DNA from: Chiloscyllium plagiosum
Lineage: Eukaryota
Direction: 5' to 3'
NCBI RefSeq assembly: GCF_004010195.1
Contig: NC_057718.1
Location: forward strand, 97,028,079-97,092,078
DNA length: 64,000 nucleotides
Position 1 is the first letter of the stretch; every line of letters starts with the position of its first letter. The notes beneath the pieces were generated by a model, which was not told where the DNA came from, ran no database searches, and saw only the letters and a list, made by a program, of their open reading frames with translations. Shown here in pieces: positions 1 to 12,605 of the stretch. The position numbers and the translations under genes are program-made.

Positions 1-95
1 TTCCTATCTCAGTCCAGTGTTGTGTTAAGGAATGTTATGTAAATCTCTTTCTGCTATTGTGACTCGCACTAGACCCTACGTTAAATGAAATCTTT

Positions 96-232
96 AGATG
101 GGATTGGATGGGATTGGATTGGATGGGATGGGATGGGATTAGATGGGATGGGATGGGATTGGATTGGATTGGATTGGATTGGATGGGATGGGTTGGGATT
201 AGATGGGATGGGATGGGATTGGATTGGATTGA
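96..232. repeat. (GGATT/GGATG)n pentanucleotide microsatellite at the tail of a Rex1-type LINE end
   Basis: Tandem GGATT/GGATG units read directly; contiguous with the minus-strand LINE 3' end at 233-412. Confidence 0.95.
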
Positions 233-412
233 TTGTTACATGTACCGAGGCACAGTGAAAAGCTTTGCCTTGTGAGCAATACAGGCAGATCACAGAGTTA
301 AGTAGCATAGATAGTAAATAATAGGTAAACAGCGGCATAAACAAAAACACAGGTACAGGCGAATGTTAAGAGTTTGAGTCCATTCAGTACTCTAACAACA
401 GTAGGGTAGAAA
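233..412 (-). mobile_element. Rex1/Babar-type LINE 3' end fragment
   Basis: Similar to the 3' parts of copies at 985-1303, 26615-27140 and 48015-48645 (ttacatgtacc...cagtgaaaagc tail). Confidence 0.7.
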
Positions 413-785
413 CTGGAGTGTAGGAGGTTGAGGGGTGGCCTTATTGAGGTTTATGATATCATGAGGAGCATAGATAGGGTGAATAACCAAGATCTTTTCC
501 CCAGGATAGGGGAATCCAAAACTAGAGGGTATAGGTTTAAGTTGAGAAGGGAAAGATTTTAAAAATAACACAAGGGGCAACTTTTTGCACAGAGGGTGAT
601 TTATGCGTGGAGTGAACTTCCTGAGGAAGTGGTGGATGTGGATACACTTACAACGCTTAAAAGACATTTGAATAAGTTTATGAATAAGAAATGTTTGCAG
701 GGATATGGGCAAGTGGGACTAGTTTGGTTTGGGATTATGCTCGGTGTGGACTGAAGGATCTGTTCCCATGATGTATGCCTCTATC
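413..785 (+). mobile_element. CR1 (HER1-like) LINE 3' fragment
   Basis: gaggggtggccttattgaggtttat...actagaggg...ggggcaactttttgcacagagggtg motifs shared with other CR1 copies in the window. Confidence 0.85.
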
Positions 786-834
786 CCAACAGACTTTCCT
801 CCAGCTTTATTAAGTACAAAATCAACACTGAGTT

Positions 835-980
835 GAAGGAAAAGACTTGCATTTGTATACCGCCTCAGGACATTCCAAAGCACTTTCCAGTCAGTGGAGT
901 ACTTTTGAAGTGGGCTTGGCCGTTGCAGTATAGAAAGTGAGGCAATCAGTTTGTTTACAGCGAGTTCCCACAAACAGCGT
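835..980 (-). mobile_element. DeuSINE (SacSINE1-like) 3' fragment
   Basis: Reverse complement resembles the 3' part of the copy at 48787-49170. Confidence 0.55.
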
Positions 981-984
981 TGTA

Positions 985-1303
985 CTAAATGACCCATCCC
1001 ACCCCGGCAATGCTCTCCGGCAACCTCTTGCATCAGGCAGAAGATACAGAAGCTTGAACACAGGCACCAGTGGGTCCAGGAACAGCTTCTTCCCAGCCGT
1101 TATTAGACCGATGAATGGACTCACTAGCCTCAAATAATGCTGACCTTGCCAACAAATGATCTCGCCAAGCACACGCTCTGTGAAATGTAACCTGTATGCC
1201 TCTGTCTGATCTGTACATCCTTGCTTACTATGATCTGCCTATACAGCTCATAAATGAAGCTTTTCATGTACCTTGGTACACGTGGCAATCAATCAATCAA
1301 TCA
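985..1303 (+). mobile_element. Rex1/Babar-type LINE 3' fragment
   Basis: ORF 937-1137 encodes DPSHPGNALRQPLASGRRYRSLNTGTSGSRNSFFPAVIR, typical of the Rex1 ORF C-terminus; ends in a (CAAT)n tail. Confidence 0.8.
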
Positions 1304-3090
1304 TCCTGCTTTGAGGTGTTACTAACATCTCTGGCGCAACTGGGACTTGAATACAGTCCTCCTGGTGCAGAATTAGGTACACTACCGAAGTGCCACAATC
1401 CAGCTCTCCCTTTGTAAACTGAGAAAATTGGAGCCTTTTGAGGCCAATTGGAACCAGTCCATGTCTGCCAGGTGGGGGAAGGGAATTGCAAAATCTAAAG
1501 GTGAGTGGCAAAGGCGTGGCCACCTCTGGTAGAGCTGAAGGAAGTGGGGATGCACAAGAGGTTTTGAGTTGAGGAGCACTCGGATTAGAGAGATAAGGAG
1601 GAGCATGGAAGCATGTGAGGCCACGGAAGACAATGAAGACAGGGTTGAAAATGGTAAAATCATCACCAGACAGGCATCCAATATCGGTCTCTCAGCTGGA
1701 ATCAGTGCAGTTCAAATACTGGAGGCCGAATTCCTTGCAAGCAGCTTTGCTCCTCAATACTCTGTGATGTCTCACAGTTAGTGATTGTGATGTATCTTCA
1801 GTTCTTACGTACAAAGGCAACATGCCTTTGAGGTCAGATGGGGGAGCTGGTCGAAGAGGAGCAGTGCCAATAACTGACTGTGAATTATGGTTGAATTCAC
1901 AAGGAAGAAAAATGGAATACTTGCGATCAGCGAGATCCTGAAGGTTTAAATAAAATCCGACTTCAAATGAGTTATGAATTACAGCAAAGCTTATGAAAGT
2001 TTAGAGCATCTTAACCTGCAACAGCTCCTGCCAGCTTATAAGTTCCAGCCTGTGACCATGCTGACTTGTATACTGCTTCACATGAAACATTATTACTGAT
2101 TAGTGTGAGGGAATATCTCAAACTTACATTCTCAATCTGCAGCTCTGTTCACTGTATAACTCTATTGTTGTTTACTCGATGATAACATTGCTTATGGTGT
2201 TACCAAACTATCCAGGTGGCCCAGGAATCTCTGAATGTTTGATGGTCCCATGGGCTGTTCCTGCACCCTCCTGTTGCTTCCAGTTGTTTGGATTTCTTGT
2301 TGTACTTGATGGAGGTGCTCAAAACCACAAGGGGCCTGGACAGAGTAGAAAGGGAGGGCTTGTTCCCAATTATTTGATGTCGTCACGTGTACCAAGACAC
2401 AGTGAAAGGTGTTTTGCATTTTGCGAGAGGCAGGTCAGAACCCATAGAGTGCATCAAGGGTAGCAGAACAGAGTGAAAAGTACAGTGTTACAGCTGCAGA
2501 GAAGGTGCAAGAGAGAGAATTGGCACAAGGATCAAGAAGCATATTTAAGACGATTGACAAAAAGAAGCAATTGTGAGCCAGGGAGGAACTCCGTCACACA
2601 ATGGATGTTGAGGGTGTGGTATGTCCAGTTCAGGTCAAGGCTTTCAGAAGGCAATTGGATTGTCATCTGAAAATCTCTATGTGCAGAGTAATGGGGGAAT
2701 GTCACAAAGTCAATTGTTTGTTCAACTCCTCCCCTACCCCTAAGTATTCTCTGACACTGCATGTTTCCAGACTGAGGGTGTGCATATCTCTGCTTCACCA
2801 TCCCTGTCCTGTGCTACCCACTGACATCCCATCTCTGGCCCTACAATGGAACATCCCAAACCAACCCCCTCACAGTCCTGTCATGGGCTTCACTCTCTCC
2901 TGGTGACATGGGGTCAGTATTGACTCGTTGGGCTTAATGGCCTGTTTCCACACTGTGGGGATTCTCTGGTAACTTGTGTCTTAAACTTAAATAAAGGCAA
3001 CTACAGGACATGAAAACAGGGCTGATGAGAAAGGACCAGATAAATAACTTAAAAGATAAGACAGTAGAGAGAGAGTGACAGTTATTAAGG

Positions 3091-3317
3091 TGGGCGGGGG
3101 GAGGATGAAAGAACAGTGAATGCTGGAAATCAGAAACAAAAACAGAAATTGCTGGAAAAGCTCAAACGGTCTGGCAGCGTATGTGGAGAGAAATCAGAGT
3201 TAACGTTTTGGGTTCGGTGACCCTTCCTTAGGATCGTTCTGAGGAAGCGTCACTGGACCCAGGATGATAACTCTGATTTCTCTACATCGATGCTGCCAGA
3301 CCTGCTGAGGTTTTCCA
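3091..3317. mobile_element. Inverted pair of Penelope terminal repeats with degraded HHR cores and a 13-bp TSD
   Basis: Arms ~3150-3230 and ~3238-3317 are near reverse complements; ACAGTTATTAAGG at 3078-3090 and 3318-3330. Confidence 0.75.
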
Positions 3318-3614
3318 ACAGTTATTAAGGAAATAGTTCATACGGAATAAATCCTAGAAAGATTCATGGCTAACTAAAGAAGTTAAGGAAGGTGTTTTCT
3401 GTTTGTTGTTTAACCTAGTCTTCTAGTCAACCCGTTCAGAGACATTGTTACACACCATTGGAGCAGGTGGGTCTTGAACCCAGGCCTTTAGGTCCATGGT
3501 CTGGACACTACCACTGCACCACAAAAGGGCCCAAAGGCTGATGTTAATTTAAAAGAAATACCATACAATGTTGCAAAGGTTGGAGGTAGCTCAGCACGAG
3601 AGGTGGTAGCTATA

Positions 3615-3890
3615 GGGTAAAGGGCAGCAGATGTAAAAAACGATGAGGAGATATTCTGTCAAATGGTCGTGAATCTATGGAATTCACTACCCCAGAGTGC
3701 AGTGGATGCTGGAGATCCATTGAGTGGATTCGAGGAAGAGATGGACAGAGTCTTAACTCGTCATGGGTTGAGGTGTTCCAGGGAGCAAGAAAGTGGAGTT
3801 GAGCCTGAGATGAGATCAGCCATGATCGTATTAAATGGTGGAGCAGGCTCGAGGAAAGGAATTGCCTAATGCTGCTCCTCGATTATATGA
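3615..3890 (+). mobile_element. CR1 LINE 3' fragment (older subfamily)
   Basis: ORF 3663-3869 VVNLWNSLPQSAVDA matches the CR1 C-terminus; gatcagccatgatc tail. Confidence 0.75.
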
Positions 3891-4249
3891 TTGAAACTCT
3901 TGGACATGTTAGTCTGCCAGGAACTGGCAGAAAGCAACACCTAGAGGCCAAACGTTTGTCTGGGTCAGCATGCAGGGGTGGAGGTGGGAGCCCGTGCTCT
4001 GGGTGAAAAGACCAAATTTGTCTGGTCTTGAAACAAGGTTGGAAAATATGCCTAACTTGGGTTCACCAGGAAGCGATTAAAGTTTCAAGGTTCTGACAAG
4101 ACGGCAAATAGTTTTGGAGCTAATAGTTGAAATGACTACACAAGTGGCAGTGTGGCAAATACTCACAAAGAGGATTTTTCAGTTGTTAAAAGGGGGAGGT
4201 TTTGTTTAATATGTGTTGCCTAGAAAAATAATACCGAAGCAGTAATTAT

Positions 4250-4790
4250 TTCACAGGATATGTGCCTCATGGACAAGATTGGCAATTGGTACTCCCCCAT
4301 AATTACCCTGGAGGTGTTGGTAATGAGCTGCCGCCTTTAACCATTGCAGTCTTTGGGGTGAAGAGAAACCCACACTGCTGTTTGAAAGGGACAGGCAGGA
4401 TTTTGACCCACTGACACTGAAGGCATGGCAATACAGTCGCAAGTCAGGATGGTCTGTGGGTGTAGAGGGGGTCTTCCACATTGTGGTGCTCCCATGTATC
4501 TGCTGTGCTTGCCCTTCTTGATAGAAGTGTTCAGTGGATTGGTAGGTGCTCCCGAAGGAGCCTTGGTGAGTTGTTGCAGTGCATCTAGTTGATGAAGCAC
4601 GCTGCTGCCACTGCACTGGTGGGAGAGGGAGTAAACGTTAAAAGTGATGAGATGGTTCACGATCTGGTGGTTTGCGTTGCCCTGGATGGTGTCAAAGTTG
4701 TGGAGTGTTGTTGAAGTTATATTTGTCCAGGCAAGTGGACAGTGTTCCATCATACCTGTTGACTTGTTGATGGCTTTGGGAAGATGGTAC
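4250..4790 (-). mobile_element. CR1/L2-superfamily LINE 3' fragment whose tail is shared with SINE family B
   Basis: Degenerate MMEHCPLAW...TTLHNFDTIQ peptide; similar to 23905-25480. Confidence 0.65.
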
Positions 4791-4910
4791 GTGCAGCATC
4801 AAATGATAGACATTCAGGTTTTTATGACAGTTGTCAATGGTTTCATGGTCACCTCGGGATTAGCTGTTAGTTCCATATTTATTAATCCAATTTAAATTCC
4901 ACCATAGTGT

Positions 4911-4962
4911 CAAGAAGGGCTTATGCCCGAAACGTCGATTCTCCTGTTCCCTGGATGCTGCC
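4911..4962 (+). mobile_element. Penelope terminal-repeat fragment with a 5'-clipped HHR
   Basis: AAGAAGGGCTTATGCCCGAAACGTCGATTCTCC, matching the 34011-34046 family; the CUG of the core is missing. Confidence 0.75.
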
Positions 4963-4964
4963 TT

Positions 4965-5270
4965 TCCTTTCTATTCTTATACCCATCCAGATGCCTTTCA
5001 AATGCTGTAAGCCTCCACCACTTCCTTTAGCAGCTCATTCCATACGCGCACCACCCTCTGTGTGAAAAGGTTGCCCCTTGGGTCCTTTTATAATCTTTCC
5101 CTTCTCACCTTAAAACTATACCCTCTAGTTTTGGGCTCCCCAACTCTGGGGGAAAAAGACCTTGGTGATTCACTCTATCCATGCCCCTCATGATTTTATA
5201 AACCTCTATAAGGTCACCCCTCAGCCTCCAAAGCTCCAGGGAAAATAGTCCCAGTCTATTCAGCATCTGC
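4965..5270 (-). mobile_element. CR1 LINE 3' fragment
   Basis: Reverse complement of the 6095-6820-type sequence. Confidence 0.85.
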
Positions 5271-6094
5271 TCTGGTGATATATCTTATCAGTAATGGAGC
5301 TCATGAAAAGACTGGATGGTCATTTAAAACAAAATGCATCTGGTTCATTAACTTTTTGTTCTTACTGGTCTGGCCTACATGTTATGCTAGATCCTCAGCA
5401 TTGGGGTTGTCCCCTCTGTAATGTAACTCAGTTGTCAAAAGGATTGCTGACAATCACCTTTGCAAGGAGTGATGGGAAATGAGCAGTAGTAGCTGTCTTT
5501 CCCAGCTACGTTTGCATCCAATGAATGAACGGGAAGAAAACAAAGGAATTTAAACAGTGCCAATCCCAAATCCTGGCCAGAGAACAGATTGGGATGTATG
5601 TGAATATCTTGACGAGATTTCCCAGTCCTGCTGCACTGATCTCCTCCTATTGTGCCACACGACCCAAAACATGCGGCCACAGAGCTCCCATCTGTTTGTT
5701 ACTGTTTATAGCAAGGCTCCCATTCAGCGCAGGATGGCATTTGCTCACTCCACATTGTGCAGGAAGTAATTAGTTTTTCAAAAATGTGAGACAGCGATCC
5801 ATAGTGGGCTTGATGAACCGTGTTGAATAGTTGGCAGATATTTTCCCAGTCCGTTCACACACGTGGTTTTGCTTTGGTGTGAGTTCCACACTGCTCTGTG
5901 CCAACAGGAAATTTGGTGCATAGAACTGACTGTAAATGAAGTGCGATTAGAAGTTTCGGAGAATGGAGTGTTGATAAAATGATGGACGAAACCTACAATC
6001 CGTTTGCACCATCAGTGGTTTCCATAGACAATGTAGTTGTGCCTTAGAATCATTAATGTTTTCTAAAATCTGTTTTAAAACTTTAAACACTTAA

Positions 6095-6820
6095 TGGTAA
6101 GATCCTGAGGAGTCCCTGAACAAGGGACTTTGAAGCACAGAGTCATAGCTCCTTGAAAGTGGAGTGCCAGGTAGATAGGATGGTTAAGGACGTGTTTGGT
6201 ATGCTTTCCTTTATTGGTCAGAGCATTGAGTACAGGACTTGGGAGGTCATTTGCACCTGTATAGGACATTGGTTAGGCCCACTTATGGAAAATTGTGTGC
6301 AGTTTTGGTCTCCCTCCTATCGGAAGGATATTGTGAAACTTGAAAGGGTTCAGAAAAGAGATGTTGCCAGGGTTGGAGGGTTTGAGCTATTGGGAGAGGC
6401 TGAACAGGCTGGGGTTTTTTTGCCTGGAGTGTCGGAGGCAGAGGGGTGACCTGGTAGAGTTTTATAAAATCATGAGGGACATGGTTAGGGTAAATGGTCA
6501 AGGTCTTTTCCCTGGGGTGGGGGAGTCCAAAACTAGAGGGCATAGGCTTAGCGTGAGAGGGGAAAGATTTAAAAGGGATCGAAGGGGCAACTTTTTCACA
6601 CAGAGGGTGGTGTGTGGAATGAGCTGCCAGAGGAAGTGGTGGAGGCTGGTACAGTTACAACATTTACAGGCATCTGGATGGGTATGTGAGTAGGAAGGGG
6701 TTGGGGGGATATGGGCCAAGTGCTGGCAAACGGGACTAGATTAAGTTAGGATATCTGGTTGACATGGACGAGTTGGACCTAAGGGTCTGTGTCTGTGCTG
6801 TGCTGTACATCTCTATGACC
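6095..6820 (+). mobile_element. CR1 (HER1-like) LINE, 5'-truncated and frameshifted
   Basis: ORFs give ENCVQFWSPSYRKDIVKLERVQ and LSYWERLNRLGFFCLECRRQRGDLVEFYKIM, the CR1 RT C-terminal region. Confidence 0.92.
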
Positions 6821-8624
6821 CAGCAACCCTGTCATCTTTTGTTTCCATTTGAAACTATGCAACATAAGGCTTGAAATGACTGTCTGCACTGTTACTTCCC
6901 AACTGCTTAATGTTCTGCAATGAAGCCCTATTTTAAAAAGAGACGTCAACCACTGGTGAAGAATTGGATCGGGGAATTTGCTGGATGGAGCTGTTTTCTT
7001 TTGGTAAATAAGGATTGAAAATTCCTGTCCTACCCTGGAGATCACTGGAACATTTCCATGTTGTCTTGAGGCTACTTTTCAAGGGTCATTGGTTGAGTGC
7101 TGTCAATTGAGTGTTCGACACAAGATTCGAGGAAACAGGTGGACTCATTCTTTGGTTAGTCTTGGCAGAATCCATGGTGTGGAGGTTGGAAGTTGGCAAC
7201 ACTCTCACCGTATGCTCTTTGCCAACGTGCTGAAGACTGAAACATGTCTCAGGGGCGACATGGCTCCGACTGGTAAAGCTGAATCTTGGCTTTTGCAAAT
7301 AGCTTTTGTCCTTATGGATTTCGGGACAAAGAGGCAATTATAACACAGGAAGCCAGTAACAAATGGATGAGAGAGTTTTGATGGGAATCTGGGGGACTGA
7401 GCCTCCCCAGAACATCGGGAGTTTTGATGCTTCATTGGGTTCTTTTCCAGCCTGTACTTTGCACCTCCACGCTCTCATGTTTACTGAGATGTGCATTCTC
7501 CTGGGTCTGTTGTGCTGAACATTTATGCCCACATGTCTGAGTTTGGGATCAAGACAGACTAGTCAAGGAAATAATCCTGAATTGCCTTCAGGGCTGAGGT
7601 TTCTTTGTAACATGGCTTATTACATATTAAGACTGAATACGACAATACATCGTATTCACAAATATACCAAGCTCACATTCTATTGTTGCATTATTGAAAG
7701 ATTACTCCATAAACTCTACCTCTAAACACCAGCTGGTCTAAATCATAGAATGCGGAAAGAGGTCATCAAGTCTGCACTGTCCCTCCAAAGAGCATCCCGC
7801 CCAGCCCCATCCCTCACCCTATCCCTGTAAACCCTTCTTCACAATAGCTAATCCACCTAACCTGCACACCCATGGACACGATGGGCCAATTTAACATGGT
7901 CAATCCACCCCATCCAGCACATGAGTTTCTGACATTGACATAGCTCGACTCCACCCTCCTACCCAGCTCCCTATGTGTTTTATTCTCTCTTCTCTGTCTC
8001 TCTTTCTCTCACTCTCTGTCTCTCTCATACTCTTGCTCCCTCTCCCTAACTCCAACCACACCTGCCCAGTGAGGAGCAGTTCCACATCATCATTGCAAGG
8101 TTTCTCCAGAGTCCTGAAACTCTTCTGCTTTACTGGGTTATGTAGAACACATCAAACCTAAGCAGAAGACTCAGTCACATAGAGACCTAAAGTATCATTC
8201 TGGCAAGTTGACCCACTTACAGAAGTCTAGTTGGGCCCACCAGTCTCTGACAGCCAGTTATAAGCCACTTATATATTTACCAAGCAAACCAACCACAGTC
8301 AGAAATCTGCAGGCAGTAACTTAAAACTATGTAGTCAGCAATCTCCAGCTACATGTCATTGTAACCCAGGCAACTCCCAGTCACCAAGGCTGAGGCAGAA
8401 GTACTGATATGGGGGATGGTGGGAGTGCTACAAGACATGGAAGTTTGACAGATGTGTCTAGAGGGAACCTTACCTAAAGGAGGACATGGTTAAAAGAGGA
8501 CAAACCCAATTGTATCGTCATGCCCACTCACACCTACATGTCTCACCAATCCAGACTGGCACTCCATAGCTATTTACATGCTGACTGTGTTCCATCTAGC
8601 CCACCAACTACAGTTAGCTCATTT

Positions 8625-9230
8625 CAAATGAACACAGGAAACAGGAGCAGGAGTAGGCCACCTGGCCCTTCGAGTGTGCTCCGCCATTCAATAAGATCAT
8701 GGCTGATTTTCTTGGGGTCTCAGCTCCACTTATCCGTCCTCTCACCATAACCCTTAATTGGGCTCAGTGGTTAGCACTGCTGCCTCACAGCACCAGGGAC
8801 CCGGGTTCAATTCCAGCCTCGGGCAACTGTCTGTGTGGAGTTTGCACATTCTCCCCGTGTCTGCGTGGGTTTCCTCCGGATGCTTCGGTTTCCTCCCACA
8901 GTCCAAAGATGTGCAGATCAGGTGAATTGGCCATGCTAAATTGCCCATCGGTTAGGTGCATTAGTCAGGGTGGGTTACTCCTCCGAGGGTCGGTGTGGAC
9001 TTGTTGGGCCAAAGGGCCTGTTTCCACACTGTAGGGAATCTAATCTAATCTCTAATCTCCTTTACTGTTCATGAATCCTTCCATCTTTGCCTTAAAAACA
9101 TTCAATGAGGTAGCCTCAACTGCTTCCCTGGGCAGGGAATTCCACAGAATCACAACGCATTTTGGGAGGACAGGTTCCTCCTCAGCTCAGTCCTAAATCT
9201 GCTCCCCCTTATTTTGAGGCCATGCCCCTT
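8625..9230 (-). mobile_element. Older CR1 3' fragment interrupted by an HE1-like SINE
   Basis: GHGLKIRGSRFRTELRRN peptide; sequence resumes after the SINE. Confidence 0.7.
8760..9051 (+). mobile_element. HE1/V-SINE-like tRNA-derived SINE
   Basis: A-box-like GGCTCAGTGG (8761), B box GGTTCAATTCC (8804-8814), core tgtgtggagtttgcacattctccccgtgtctgcgtgggtttcc, (AATCT)n tail. Confidence 0.9.
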
Positions 9231-11533
9231 TACAGACTGTGAGGGATTGTTTCCCAGTACCTGCTCCTTCTCCATACTGGCACCACGTTTCCCCAAACAG
9301 CCCACTCGAGCATCTGTCTCAGCGTTCACCCGCACCACTGATACCCAGCAGTATCCCATAGCCCTCGCCTGTCCCTGTTACTGGCTCGAAGTGTCTGAAA
9401 TATGGAATTTGCCAATCTGTGTGTTTCCAAGTGTATTTCATTGCAGGGAAAAACTGAGATCATTCAACAAATTGAGCAGGTGAATTTCAATGTGGATAAG
9501 GGGAATGTTGGGAGAGAAGTTGTGAAGTATATTCAATCCGTGTGGGAAGATACAAGATGGGCTTGTTAGATTAGATTTATTGTAGGAATACACCACAGTT
9601 TCAGCACTGGATGCTCAGTCTGTGGTGTTTATCGATGTGAACAAATAGTCCCAATCACATGTGCCTATCCATTTTCCATTTAACCCCGTTTCCCCCTATT
9701 CATTCTATTCTTGAGGTAGGGTGTGGTTTCCCGCTCCACTGGAGCTGCTGGGGAGGGTGACACGATGAATGGGTGCATTGGACCTGGAGGGGATCTCACC
9801 CCCTTCTCGCTACCTCATAAAGTAATCTCAGGATAAAACATTGTCAGGTGGCCCACTTGATCACCTCCATTGAACCTGACAGCACAGGAACCAGCCCTTC
9901 GGCCCACCATGACTATGGCGACCACAATTCCATCCTAAACTAGTCCTGTCTGCTCACACAGGGTCCACATCCCTCTACTCCTTGCCAGTTCATGTGTGTT
10001 GTCTAAATGCCCCATAAACCTCAAAGTCCCTCACCACTGAAGGTCTGAACATGCCATTCCTGCCTCTCCCTGAAAGGTAGCTGATTCTGTGACTGGGAAA
10101 CCATGGCAACCTATTTAATGGTGTGGGGCAGGGTGGGGAAGCGAGGGCTCCAATTAGCCTGATCTGGAGCAGTCAGACACAGCTACACAGAGTCACCTCT
10201 GCAAGCCAACCCCTGTCCTCGCCTCGGAACCCTCCACCCTTCTCCCCCGAACATATCCCCCACTAAACATCCCCAATTCTCCCTGCCTCCCCCCCACAAA
10301 CCTCAGTCACCAACCACCTGAACAAAAGGGCATTAAAAATACTTACCACCAATGGATCCACCGAGAGAGGTAGGCTGAGATTGGTGTACCTTAAGGGCCA
10401 ATAGAGGCTGCATGCTTCGGGTGACCCAGGACACCAGTATTGAGGCCTATGATTGGCCCATACTCACCCCAAAACTCTTCATGAGCCGACTGGAGGGCAA
10501 CTGTGTGAGTTTTCTCCAGAGGTAGGGCATGTACGCGAGGAGCCATTCAATGCACACTCGCCTGTCCTCCCAACACTCAGACTTAAACAACTCTCCCACA
10601 CAGGGGAAACAGCCTTTTTGCATCTACTCTGTCAATTCCCCTGAGAATCTTGCATTGATCAATATGGTTGCCCAGTACTCTTCCATATTCCAATGAGAAC
10701 AGGCCCAACCTACTGAACCTTTCGTCATAAGACAGACCTCCGACAGCCAAGCGAGATGTCTCAGGACTGTCATGGTTTGGAGGCACTGGAGGTTTGAGAT
10801 GGGTGGTGGGCAGGTAGAATTGCCATTCATTGGCATTGCTGCCAACCATATTACTGCAGATAACACCAAAGGGAGTGTACGGATGAGGAATAGGAGTGTG
10901 CGGGACAGCAGATGAGGTGGACGGTGGGAGGACAAATCTTTGGATGTGATAAGGATTGGATTCCGAAAGGATGAATGTGGAATGTTGGCCATGGATGCTG
11001 TGATAGGATTGGGTATTTAAGTTTAGAATTAAGTAAGGGAGGACACTTTTGTGAGAGCGATGAGGTAGGAGTGTTTGAAAGCTGCTTATTAAAAACTATC
11101 GATTTCAATCATGGAGTATACTTGTAGACATCCTGAAACAAACCAGGAATGTTTGCAATTCATATTAGCTTGCTCCTACATCTTTTCTCTCACAGCATTT
11201 GCTTTCGTTCTCCACTCAAAGATATCACTTCAACAGGAGGTGTAACTTTCTGGTCTGTCTCTGGGTTTTGTAACTCACTTAAAGTCCTGTTTATTACATG
11301 TAGCAGTTCTTCGGTAACTATGATGTAACTCTGCAAAAGGCCAAAAATATCTCTCTGCAATTTTTTCCAGGAATAATATTTGTGCAGTACAAGTTCATAA
11401 AATACATAACTGTATTGAATAGAATCACTTTGTAAACGGTCAATGAATAACCTGTAATTATTGCTGTTTCATGGTTCATGCAATATTAGAAATGTCTGAA
11501 TTATTTTCAAATACAGATTGCTTTGTTATAAAT

Positions 11534-12125
11534 TTAGAATTGATTATCTTCCTTTTGTTTGTTATTTTTCTGTTTCTTCGCTGGGATGTCAGGATCACTG
11601 TCAATGCTAGCATTTATTACCCTTGAGAAGGTGGTGTTGAGCTGTCTTCTTGTCCTGCTGCAGTCTGTGTGGTTTATTTTTCTGTACGACTTGATGTTAT
11701 GGGCTTGCTCAGCCATCTCAGAGAGCAGCAATGAGCCAATCATATTGCAGTGAATCTGGAGCCACATACAGGTCGTTCTGCTCTATCACGCGTTTCGTGA
11801 ACACAAATTTGCTATAACACAATTGAGGAATTGGGGACACTGTTTCCAGAGCGCAAACCTTTAGACCGTGTATTAGTTATAACGCGATTTCAGTCCCATT
11901 AGTTTAAATCGTGCTGCTGTTACACGATTTTCTCATAACACAGGATTGCACAAGAACAGAACTACCACGTTCTGTACAGTCCAAACCAAGTAGGCTCATC
12001 TTATTTCTTTTGGTCCGGCACATTGGTGAGCCAGATAAGTTCTTTACCACAATCGATGGTGGCTTTGTGGTCACTATTACCAATTCTAGATTTAAATTTC
12101 AGATTATTTAGTTGATTTTAAGGTT
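11534..12125 (-). mobile_element. SINE family B copy interrupted by a MITE
   Basis: Reverse complement similar to 62298-62635 on both sides of 11769-11974. Confidence 0.6.
11769..11974. mobile_element. Tc1/mariner (Tigger/pogo-like) MITE
   Basis: TA|CAGGTCGTTCTG ... GTTCTG|TA: CAG/CTG termini with flanking TA; recurring tataac-like internal motifs; right TIR appears partly deleted. Confidence 0.55.
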
Positions 12126-12605
12126 CTATCATGCTCCATGAAAGAATAACAGGTTAACATCCCTCCGATAGAAAAATGAGAATGTGCATCCCATCTTCCT
12201 TCCATTGTGTCTCTTGACACTGATTTGAAGGCGTCTTTAGTGTTGTTGCACGTGAGCGTAATTCAGCAGACATATAGCCGTTTCCCCTCCCCTGTCTTTG
12301 TTTATCACAAGAGGATGTTCAAGAGATGTTTGAACTGCAGTATTTACAGGCTGGTTTCAGATTCTGTAGTTTATTAATCATGAACAACCAACCAATCTGC
12401 TGCTCAATTACCTTTTCTTTCTGCCTGGAGCTGAATTTGAAAACATTGAATCGCATGCAGAGAGCACTTCATGTTTGCCTGAATGGGTTCAAACCTTTCC
12501 AGTCACAGAGGGAATGTTGACATGATCGAGCATGATGGCAGATTTGGTCAAATACGAGGAATAATCAATTGGAGGCTACAAACTAGACTGAAATTACCAC
12601 CTTAT

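Noticed and set aside
1420..1506. Strong donor AAG|GTGAGT at 1500/1501
   Set aside because: No convincing upstream acceptor or recognisable coding frame
7086..7343. Overlapping 83-84 aa ORFs in unique sequence
   Set aside because: No recognisable domain or convincing splice context; length expected by chance
8760..8820. tRNA gene-like A/B boxes (also at other SINE heads)
   Set aside because: They are SINE heads running into the SINE core, not stand-alone tRNA genes
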